Assembly (NCBI GenBank): GCA_002633005.1
Contig: NMRA01000034.1
Coordinates: 1,228,012-1,292,011, forward strand
Direction: 5' to 3'
Source of the DNA: Phoronis australis
Lineage: Eukaryota; Animalia; Phoronida
Length of the DNA stretch: 64,000 nucleotides
Part shown: one piece after another, positions 1 through 10,823 of the stretch
Numbering within the stretch: the first letter of the stretch is position 1
Layout of the letters: every line of letters begins with the position of its first letter
Notes under the pieces: generated by a model
Told to the model about the DNA's origin: nothing
Seen by the model: only the letters and a program-made list of their open reading frames with translations
Database searches by the model: none
Program-made: the position numbers and the translations under genes

Positions 1-969
1 TTTTATTTTTGATCCTGTCCCGAGGGGGGGGGTTAAACCCCCTGAACCCCCCTATAGATCCGCCTCTGAATGTCAACAGATTCAGAGGCGTCCCAACATT
101 TTTGGCGCAATGAGACTCAAGATTACTTCATCTGCTTCAGTACAGAACTTTTTTCTTTAGCTCATAAAACTTTCTCCGAAAGCCAGACAGAGAGGTTTTT
201 GAACGTCTTTACCATGAAATTAAAACTTTCACTGCGCCAATGACATTCTTTGAGCTTCAGTTCAAACTTACTTCACGAGACAAAACCAATTTTGACGCAA
301 AGTAATTTCGTCGAACATAATTATTTGTATTTGGTACCCGATACTCTCCATCTGACGTCATTTTTTAAATAAAAACTATGGCAGATTGTCACCCACCTTT
401 ACAGTGCAACATGTTATATAACTTTTGTAATTACTGATATCTGTAGTAGTTTAGTTTGTCATAATATATATGACCTTTTATCTCAACTACATGTGTTGTT
501 TCACTGTAAACTAGCTTCGGTATCGCTTCGCAGTTAGCGCATATAAAGGTAAGGTACGTATAATTTGTAACTTTGATATCCTAACTTCTCGTGATGCATG
601 ACCGATCGATAGCAAAAAGCAATATTCCCCAGTATCTATGCTCCCTCCTCTTGATGTTCTCCCATCTCGCTGTTCCCCCGTCCCATATAATATTCCCTGG
701 TCCCGATGTTCCGCTACTCGTTCATTTTATTTCTGCGTTTAAGGGTGATATTTTGGAGATCATCGTGTGCATGAGTCTAGGCACGTGCGTGACTCAAGAA
801 AATAGCAATATTCATAACAATGTTATTTTGAACGCTTGTTGCCTAGTTGTCACAGTCAACATTGGAGAATGAAAAACCGGGACAACTGGATTGAACAGCT
901 GGTCTTCCGAATAAAAAGCGGGGCATCTGGGTATAAGCCAAAACGCATGGGTGAAATGTTGGCCGCAAC

Positions 970-1129
970 CAGTGGCGGATTTAGAGGGGGCTAAGGGGGC
1001 CATGGCCTCCTAAAATTCTCCCAGATTCCATTTGGCAGTGCGGGGGTGCGAATGTCTGACGGGAAAAATCCTGGCTAATACTCTTCCCTGGCCCCTCCAC
1101 CCTAACTCAAAATCCTGGATCCGCCCCTG
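970..1129. mobile_element. MITE with CAGTGGCGGAT...ATCCGCCCCTG termini
   Basis: Terminal inverted repeats; GCAAC on both flanks; clearly homologous to 5811-5973. Related termini at ~55-68 and ~44920. Confidence 0.8.
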
Positions 1130-1472
1130 GCAACACACAAAAACGTCCTGACAACGTTTTCTGTTTGAATAATCAAACGGTAAATTGCGGGTGCAGTAAA
1201 AACCCACGAAACGTCAGTTTTTTTTCTTTTACTGGAACGGGAAATACCGCTATGTCGCTTGGGAAATTACATAATAGTATATGATATGTCAATTTCGCCG
1301 TGTCTGTGAGAATACGTGACATTTTGATGGTGTGACGGAAAGGCTGGAAAATTTCAAAAAGTGGGACAGTCTGCCAAGACCAGGGCAATTGGCAAGTACA
1401 CTGTAAGCTGTTAGTAACACAATGTATATGTATATGTATAGGTCGGGGGAACATCGGGATTTAGGAATATAG

Positions 1473-2150
1473 TGCAGGGAGACATAATTGGGAATTATGT
1501 CTAACATAAATCGATGTTGTGTCTAACACAAATAAGAATTATGTATGACATAAATCAGAATTATGTCTGACATCAATAAGTCTATGTCTGATACAAAATA
1601 ATTTACGTCTGACAATTTTTTAATAACATAGCACATCATTCATTATTGCCAACGATAATCCTATTGATATAGGAATAATGTCCACCATTATTCTATTTAT
1701 ATCTGACATGAATTGTATTTATGTCTTACGTAAGTGAGCCAATGAGAGTCGTCAATACATTCTCCACGCTTACTACGCAAACATTGCGCGAAATGAGAAC
1801 GAGTGTTTTAAAAATTTATGCATTGATGAAAGCGTCATCGAAAACGTTAACAGGGTACTGAATGGGCTGGAAACATTGCAGGCTGAACCAATGAATGTTA
1901 CGACGATTCTCACTGGTCGACATAAATACGACTATGACAGATATAAATAGAGCAATGGTGGATATTAAGTTTTTTGTCTGATATAAATATAATTATGTTT
2001 CACAAATTAATTATGTACGATATTATTGTACAGTTAGTTCAGACATAAACTAATTTATGTAGGACATAATTATTCATGTCGGACACAATAATTTATGCCA
2101 GATTTATGCTAGATATAATTCAAATTTAAGTCGGAATTATGTTGCTCTGC
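1473..2150. mobile_element. Foldback-like element with long imperfect inverted arms, nested in a GGGAACAT-repeat element
   Basis: Ends GCAGGGAGACATAATT / AATTATGTTGCTCTGC. Internal inverted pairs at 1678-1709 vs 1936-1965 and 1739-1762 vs 1893-1916. Many TATGTCTGACAT subrepeats. Confidence 0.7.
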
Positions 2151-3489
2151 GCCAACCATAGGCAAGGGAACATCACTTGGGAATTGAACATGGAACATAG
2201 AGACGGGAGAATATAGGGACCAGGGAACATCGGTTCGAACTCCAAAAAGGAGGACTGAAGGAACTTCTTTCAGACTGGCCATATGTAGCTCTTTGCATTG
2301 CCACTTGTGGCGGGTTAGTTTTTGTTGTCATGAATACATTTCGTCAAATCTTAAAAATTGAAGTTCCAATCCCCATGTCGCCAATAGGCTACGAAAGTAC
2401 TTAATAGACTTACGCCAAATTGGCAACCACCTTTGCCGCGTTTCGTGACCACGGGAACGTTGTTGGCATGCTTGCTCAGGGCAATTTCAGCGGCAATAGT
2501 TTTCCTGAAAAGTGCCGAATATTGATTAAATATTACATGTTATTGAATCTACCTCCATGCGAGAATCTACGAGAACTATCCAGGGGATGGGGATCCTTGG
2601 CAAGGCCACTTATGTCTTGCTGAAACAGAGGATTTGTTTGTTGTCTTTGGCCTTGATCCTGACCCAAATTAACAACTAGACATCCCAATCGCAACCAATA
2701 GCATTTTTAGAAATACAAATATCCTTTGCATTCAGATATCGTTACATTTCTTTCTTCACAGCTTACCTCCCGCACCGTTACCACTATCTCCACCCCTATT
2801 TTTCGTTACTATTGTTTCCCAACGTATTAACAAATTTTACACTGAAGGGGTCACCTGCCATAGCCGTATCTCGACTTTAATAAAGATTGGCTGGAATTTT
2901 ACCAATCTATTCAAAACAGTGAAATCAAATTGTGATTTTTATAGATCGAATGGTACAGATTTCTTCGAATTTCAGCGTGCATAAAACTCAATTTTTTTAC
3001 AAAATTAACTTAATTTACAAAAAAAATATTTATGAATTATAAGTTTTCATCAATTTTGTAGACGCATATTACAAAGCAAAAGCATGTTGAGTCATCTCAC
3101 AAAACGCCAACCCAACATAAAAACTACGCACTTTTCGAATTTTCAACATCATGAATCGCAAGATTTTCTTTCTGAGCCAACGTCATATATCGGCGACAAT
3201 GCACGAAGTAGAATACATATAGATTATTACATGGCGAAGTCGTTATCCCCCGTTATCTAGAGCCCGAGTGGCTTTTGGAGAATTCTCCAAAATCTCGAAC
3301 AAATACAAATGCATGTACACAACTCGTGAAGTCAAATGCTTTGAAAACTCCATAACCTGGCTGGTAAAAATACTCACGGTCGCTCAGCACAAATTATTGT
3401 CATCGTGGTGCACACCAACAGCAGAACCGCCAATAGCTTGAATTTATCCATTTTCCGCGTAAACCTAAAAAGATAATAAACCGGAAGAG

Positions 3490-4900
3490 CCGACTGAAGC
3501 CCGCGTAACGTCGAAGAAATTAAACATTTCTTAAGACCAAAAATTGACCTCAACTTATTCCTTACACAAATGAGAAGTGATTTTTGGTCCTGTAAAAAAC
3601 AGACAGTTGGTTATTCCCCGAGTCCATTATCGGCTAATAAAACGACGCCGTGAAAAGTCAACTTCTAGAGCTTTGTCTCAAACCACCACAAATTGTCAAT
3701 TCTTTCCGAAATCACAAGTCATACATAAGTAAGGAACAATTTGACACTAGTTTCCTAATGTTAAGTGGTCTAAGTCATTTTTGTGATGGAAGGCGAGCTT
3801 ACAGCCACTTAGATTAATATTGAGCTGAAGTTTCTATGTTATAGAAAAGTTATAGACAGGTCCGCGATTTGGCGCCGAGACCAGGCTCCTGTATCAAGTA
3901 AGTTGAGATTTTTGAATTGTCGATGTTTTAATTGATCAGAATCCAGGGAGTTCGGTTGAGATTCACATTTATAAAGAAAAATGTCGATAAATTCTTAATT
4001 TTTGTTCATGTTACCACGTGGATTTATTATCGTCATTACTACTTTATACGCAACCCTAATAATCCATTCACTGGTGCACTCTTGCGTAATAAGCAAATCA
4101 TCAAATTGAAGTATGGTACTTTGTCACACCTGAGGTTGGTGCACTTTGTTTTCGTGCACTTACATCAGCAATAATTCTGGCTGCAGAGAAGTAACACCTG
4201 GCAACGTGACCGTGGCAAGACCTGAGGTATGGATCCACCTCAGGGTGCCCGGGTTTTGAAGGTCGTACTGGATCAAGGCTGAAACGACCTATGACGATTC
4301 CTAACCAGCTAAAGACGAGCGACTGTCGGCAGTATCGACACCGCTGTTTACAAGTAAGAAGGAAGAATTATCCCTGGATCTTCAGAAACTGTTATGCTAA
4401 ATTCGTTGCTATTAGCGCCACATGTTTTAAAAAGACCTTTGCTCGTTTAGCGTCCAGTTTTCTTTCCCATCTTTCAAGGGACAAGTTTCTTTCCTGGTAC
4501 AAAAGTCATGTAAAAGAGATTTTATAACGAAAATCGAAAAATAGCTTTTGGTGTCACCAATACCGAGAATCGACCCCAAAACTTCATTTATGCTCTGAAT
4601 TACTAAAAAATGATGAGAACGTTTTTGTGTTATCTTTTATGCTACTGGTAAATCTGCCCTCAGTTCAAAAACGTGGATTTATCTGATCTCAACTCAGTTA
4701 TTTCGTAAATAGCCTATTTCTGAGCTCAGTTGACAGGGACTTCCAGTTCGAATTGGTCTATACGAAGGCCTGTCACGGCTGGTCATTTTACATACCAAGC
4801 TCATCTCAGAGTAAGGAACAAGTTGAGACCAGATTTTTAGTGTGTAAGGAATTTAATCAAATTTGTTAATTTCTTTGACGGAAGGCGGACTTATAGCGGC
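3490..4900. mobile_element. MITE-like element(s) with TIR core CTCAACTTRTTCCTTAC: one left end and two right ends
   Basis: 3490-3575 is inverted relative to both 3718-3808 and 4800-4900 (GTAAGGAACAA.TTGA...GGAAGGCG..CTTA.AGC). Confidence 0.55.
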
Positions 4901-5810
4901 TCTATCAGACTCTGGTATCCCAAAAACATTACAGTTCGAACTTCGTTCAAAAGTATATTTGTTTTGTTCAAAGTAATTGCATGTACAAAATAAGAAAACT
5001 TGTTATAGGGTCAACTGTGTCATTTCACTATTGTTCATGCTAAGATAACTAGGGTCGGGAGAAGAGTAATGAAGCTGAACCATGTCTCCAAAGCCCTGCC
5101 TATACACACCCCGATTTTTGTATACGACTTTGTATGTACACTTCGCACCGACTTCAGTCATTCCGACTTTGCATTGGGCGATTAGACTGGTCCAAATGTA
5201 TACGACGTCTAGGCTTGAGTCGATCGAAAACAAAAAAGCGGACACTTCTCTATTTCAATCGACAAGTCTTACACGCGACTTTTTAGTTCAAAAATCCAGC
5301 AACAAACAAGACTGCTAACGCTAAACTGGCCAGAAAACTAAATACTACACAGAACAATTAAATAAAAGTACACGTAAACAATATTCACTGTAAACTCAAG
5401 TTGCAGAAATTTAATTAATGCGTCTACATGAGTAAACATTTCACTAGAAAAGCGCATTATTTCGGCTATAGGCGCTTGGGCCTAAGCGCACGAGGCACCA
5501 GCTTACTTACAGACCCTGCGTTTGACCGCTGCCGGGAGACGTTCGTGAGTGAAAGTTAAAGCTGGCGATGAGTAGGCCCTTATTGTTCTGGTAGAATTTA
5601 TACCAGTTAGCTGTCGACAAAGAAGAGGATATTATTGTTTCATTAGATAACACCGATGATTTCTGACGTAATGTAAGCCACGATATGCACGTATTATGTA
5701 TACAAACTTCACACCGACTCTCTTGCCAGATTTAGACAAAGTGGGTACTGTATAGTGGGTACCGTAAATATACAGAGTGGGTACTGTACATGTAAATGTA
5801 GAGCGGATAC

Positions 5811-5973
5811 CAGTGGCAGATTTAGAGGGGGTCAAGGGGGGCATGCTCCCCTTAAAATTTTCCTAGATTCCATTTGGCAGTTAAGGGGTGCGACTATCTG
5901 ACGGGCAAAATTATGGCTAATACTCTGCCCTGCCCACCCCCCCCCCCAGCTCAAAATCCTGGATCCGTCCCTG
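5811..5973. mobile_element. Second copy of the 970-1129 MITE
   Basis: Colinear similarity (TTTAGAGGGGG, AGATTCCATTTGGCAG, GGCTAATACTCT, CTCAAAATCCTGGATCCG); flanks GATAC / GGTAC. Confidence 0.8.
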
Positions 5974-7899
5974 GGTACAATGAGGTACATTTACTCTTGC
6001 CAAGACGCACGTGCATGCCTTGTCGCAAACGTTTGTTTTTCACGGGTTTATTTTCCATCAAGCACGTGTACATTTACACAAATGGAAGACAAGTCTCTGG
6101 TTTGGATAACAGTCATGGTAAACCTAAAACTATTTTAAAATTTTCTCTTTTCAAAAACTTCATAAAAGCAAATCATTTCGGTCAAAAATTAACTGGGCAT
6201 TTCACCGCTATTTAGCTGTCAATGTTGAATTCTTTACCGAAGCCCTTTTACCACGCTAATCCTTTCTTGAATTGTTGCGTACATGGACCATTTTCGAAAT
6301 AGCAATTTTAAGACTGACCGACCCTAATAAAATCTGAGGCGTTCTCTAGTGTTGCTGTTGGTTCCAATGTCCTTGCTGGTATAAAGAGACATTAGGAGGC
6401 TGATTTTACAACTCGATTTTCAGCGTTTTTAGACAGCTAAAGGCCGGGGTCCTCGAATTGCAGCTTTGAATATGGTGAAACGCCCAAGGCTGTAATTTAT
6501 GAATTGTTCCTACTTCAGCAATTTCTAAATATTGACGTTCCAAAACGGAAACTTATTCAGTGTTTGTTAGACAAAGTGGGGGAGAGGGCTTAAACGGTTG
6601 TCCATGACGGGGAATGCCGGGACGTACCGCTCAAATTCGCACTTACTGTCCCCATTGAGAAAACAGCAGTGAGGTAATTTTATGAAAGCTATTTGTGACA
6701 ACACTCATTGCTTATCCATAGTGGTATTATTATTATATTTATAAACAGCTACCCAGGTTCCCGTATACAGTGTTGATGACCTAGTGATCGATCGGTACAA
6801 CTAACAAAATCTAAACCCTTTATACTCGGCGCACTATAGGCGATGCAAAACGACAGGGTGATTTGAAAATAACAGTGTGAATTGGAGAATTTTTGTAGCT
6901 AGCTGTCGGTGACAGCTTTCCTTTCTCACAAAACCACCAAGTGAATTTCGACTGGAGTAGAGCTCTTTAACCGACCATTGTGGTGAGAGCATCGCTGGAG
7001 AATAGTCAGTCTCTAGTCAAACGTTTTGAAATATCCTTTTCACAAGTTAGTTTACCAGGAGATCATAACGCTGGCATTTGGCTGGATTCGGGTTTTCCTG
7101 ATATTGTGAAGATACAAATTGCCACTCATGGCACTGATTTTCTTTTGTCGGACGTACCTGCACCGAGATTCCTGCATGTTTCGATGTCCAGACAATTTAT
7201 AAGGTCCCCGGCCGTGGAAAGACTGGCTACTTTGCAGACTAGCGCGAAATATCATTAACACCAATGTGATAATTGTCGAATATCTCTCAATAACAGAACA
7301 GAGACTTGGTCTGTATAGGACACTGACAGCAGGACAAATTAGGCCCACTACATTTTTTTCTTATTATCAAAACTATGGTGAGCAACGCAATTAAAGCGCT
7401 GTTTCTGTGCATTTTAACAAACAATAGCTACAGAGGGGACAGTGATTGATCTGACGCTACTTTTCCTTAATTCTCATCTTCAATGGATCATTCCCATACA
7501 TGGGCACACTACGGGAAGGGGGCAGGCTCGGGAGGCTCGGACGGGCGTTGTTTACATTTTCACTCGTTCGAATCGCATACGAGACAATCATGGTGACTAC
7601 TTACAGAGAGTGAATCAAGAGAGAAGAAGATAAATATACTGAGTTTTATTATGCAATAAATAGGACTAAATACAAATCTACAAACTTACAGCGAGTCATC
7701 GCTAACTTCTGTCGACATCCCAGCTTTGACTTATAACCCAAAGAATTTATAAACAAGAAGAATTCGCCGAAAATCGTTAAAGTCCAAACTTAAAAGGCCC
7801 AAACAATTAGTTTGTTTTAAGTTTGGTTGGGATTCCTTGCGGATAGAGTCGAGACCTGGCAGAATTCGAAGTGTGAGCGTGTGGGGCCCATTTTTATAA

Positions 7900-8260
7900 G
7901 CCTTATCCGCACCGTGAATGTTCCAAATTACGCTAAAATAGTTAAATGTAAAAACCAATCAAAATACTGCACAAAAAATTCCAAATAAGGGATTGACCAT
8001 CTTACACCCCTGTAAAATATTATAACTCACTCTAGCTTCTGGAAATAAACTGACGACTCGACTCAACTCACGACATCATCAATAGACGGCGCTCCTGTCA
8101 CACTGAGCATTGATCAACTTCCGGCAATCAATGCTGATGCCTTTCGGCTTTCGGTGAATGTTGCCGATTGTCTTAAAGAAATTGGATGTACTGAAAATTT
8201 TTATTGGTGTCGATATCAACAAGTGTAACTTGCGAACGGTGTGACAGTCGCAGGTAAAAT
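7900..8260 (+). promoter_or_regulatory. Candidate METTL2 promoter / non-coding first exon
   Basis: CpG-richer segment, ETS-like ACTTCCGG ~8117, donor CAG|GTAAAA at 8253/8254 that could splice to the acceptor at 10735. Confidence 0.35.
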
Positions 8261-8606
8261 GTTAGCCAATACACAGATCTGTGATTAGTCTACCGACAAA
8301 GGTGAATTGTTAGGGAGTATACTGGGGCCTACACATAGTGTACCTAATTATCGGACGGAACCTAAATATCGGACATTTCATAGAATCTTACTTGAAGCAT
8401 AATCTGAGAATTAAATGACACCAATTTTTGTTCCGTTGTAATGCATTCAATGTCCGGCACCGTCTCGTTTTTTTACAGCGTTGCCTCGTTTTGATTTCAC
8501 CGAGAGAGGGTGCAATTTAGACCCCCAAGTCGGCCTAAAATGGACGATCGCATCAATCGGTTATAAAAGTTGAAAATAAAATCTTTTTCCACAATGACAC
8601 TATCTN

Positions 8607-8775
8607 GTGTAGCCTAGTGAGATAGTTGTCCGCTTCCTTTACTCAGGGTCGTGAGTTTGAGTCGCACTGGGGCACACTGAGCTCACCACCCTTGAGTCAG
8701 GTCTCTTGCTCCTCAGCTCGGTTTTATCTATGTATCAATTATTATAATCAAGCATAAAAGTGGAAGGCAACACGA
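8607..8775 (+). mobile_element. tRNA-derived SINE-like head
   Basis: A-box-like TAGCCTAGTGAG and B-box-like GAGTTTGAGTCGC at tRNA-like spacing; no intact cloverleaf. Confidence 0.5.
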
Positions 8776-8777
8776 AA

Positions 8778-9341
8778 GACAGTGCCACTATCTCGACGTG
8801 TTACAAACCAATGGAAATGGTGGCCATCCCATAGGCCCTCCACCGAAAGCTTTTTGGGCCTTGGGGAATTGTGCCTCACTGATAAACCATCGAAGTCATG
8901 ATGCTATAACTAAGTACCTTTTGCGCATAAAGGGACACCTTAGGAAGCTGTTGATGTCTTTGACTCGTCCCAGCTCGAACAAACACTCCTGCTGTCTAAC
9001 CTTTTTCTCGAGCAGTTCTTTGTTCAATGCCCAAACCTTCAACTGGTCATTCTTACGCTGCTCGTGCCTGGCGATATGACGCGAGCAATGTAAAAATGGC
9101 CAGTTGTCAATTTGGGTCACTGAACGACTGCTCGAAAAAAGGTTTGATTGCGGGAGTATTTGTTCAAGCTGGGAAGAGTTAAAGACATCAACGGCTTCCC
9201 AAGGTATCCCTCTATGCGCAAAACATGACTTTGTTGGTTTTAATTAGTGTGAAGCATAATTCGCGGAAGTCTTCTGGTGCATGGAGGGCCTGTGGGGTTG
9301 CCACCATCTCTGCTGTGGCATGTCAAGACGGTGCCACTGTC
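8778..9341. mobile_element. Large near-palindromic MITE/foldback (~285-bp arms)
   Basis: Arms pair throughout, e.g. TTGATGTCTTTGACTCGTCCCAGCTCGAACAAA vs TTTGTTCAAGCTGGGAAGAGTTAAAGACATCAA; centre ~9073. Confidence 0.8.
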
Positions 9342-9443
9342 TAGCGAACACGTAGCCTCTCGGCTGACTGTCTAGGGGCTGCCATACTTCCTATCGCTTT
9401 TAATACTAATACTGTGTGTTTTTAACAGATGTTTGGCCAAATC

Positions 9444-10030
9444 TGGTCACCGAATAAGAGATTTTCACCTCGTCAAAATACATTTTACACTTAAAATTGT
9501 CACTTAAAAAATGCTGACTTTCTTCAGCGATGCTTTTTGGTTCTATACTTATCATCGATGAACTATGTCTACAGGAATTAAGATGAATTTGGCGAAAAAT
9601 TCCATCTCCACTTTTTTGGTTGCTGTTTTCTTTTTCACCATGCGCAATAACCACAAAGTATTTCAGTTGACATCACACAAGTTAGGTAACAACAAGTGCG
9701 AGACTGAGTGAAGCACATGACCTGAAGCATGACATTGGCAAAAAGTAGAGTGGGAAGATATCCGGTGGGATTTGTAAGATTGTGTCCTTAGACTTTGTTT
9801 GTCAACAGGCAGGATTTCGTGCGCAACTTCCTCAAAACGTCACCCGGTGTAGGAAGGTCATGTAAACCGCGACTGATTTTCATGGATATGCTCAAATTAT
9901 TTTGACTTAATTGTCTCCACACTCATGATATGTGTTAATTATAACTCAATGTGTATATTGCATGTTTCATTCAGTGTTATTCACTGTATTTTGTAATGAG
10001 TAACTTTTCATGGGGGGGTACACTATTGCC
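9444..10030 (+). mobile_element. Interspersed ~600-bp repeat, copy 1 (probable non-autonomous DNA transposon)
   Basis: Colinear with 42865-43560: GTCACCGAATAAG, TTACACTTAAAATTGTC, ACTTTCTTCAG, CAAAGTATTTCA, GATTTTCATGGATATG, AATGAGTAACTTTT. Confidence 0.75.
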
Positions 10031-10823
10031 TGCGTAAGAACCTTAAAAACATAGTTCCATGTGATCAGTGCAATGGGCCAACCTAAATGACCTGTACACA
10101 TCTGGTACAACGTGTACCGGACCATCTCCATCTACAGTACAGTGCCAATGGATTAGGCAATTGCATTGCAAGCACTTGCTTCAACAGAACACTCCATGCG
10201 ACCTTTGGTTTCAAGGTCGAGTTAAAAATGCATAGCCAAAGACATGTATTGATATTGTTAAAATTTTCAAAATCTCCGGACCATCTTTCTTTACGAATGG
10301 CATTTGCTTGATTTTCTGGACGTCATCTCTGAGTGAAAGGTTGCACGTTGTTGACCCGTTGACCCACTCTTTGCGTACTCGTGGCTTTTCTTAAACATTT
10401 ACTGTTTGTGAGCGGGAAGCTTAAATTTAGCAGGAAATTCAGGTTCCCTTCAGACTTTGTGGATTTGTAAAAAATCTGGCTGGTCGACGCCCTCTTATTT
10501 CCTGATTTCTGTAATTCTGGAGAGTTTTGACAGTCAGTTCTTAGTATTCGCATGCAAATGGTGCCTTTGGAGTGAAAATTTCTGATTTAGTGTATCTTTA
10601 CTCGTTTGTTAAGCATCTGGCTGCACTTCCGGTAGTAGTAATGTAAAAGATGGAAAATTGACATTAGACTTAGTTTCAATAGACTTTGTGCAAGTTCTTG
10701 TCCCATTAAAATGATTATACTGTTCATATTTTTAGGTTTCGAATGTCCTTTGGAACAGACTGTTGAAGCTGCCAAGAGTTGATTTTTCAACCTGTTGAGT
10801 GCCTCCTGAATAACTATTGAATC

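Noticed and set aside
4255-4295. AGGTCGTA...GAAACGACCT resembling a type III hammerhead stem III
   Set aside because: Only ~13 nt between the arms and no CUGANGA box; a simple hairpin.
8607-8680. Possible tRNA gene
   Set aside because: A/B boxes are degenerate and no acceptor or anticodon stems can be formed; treated as a SINE head.
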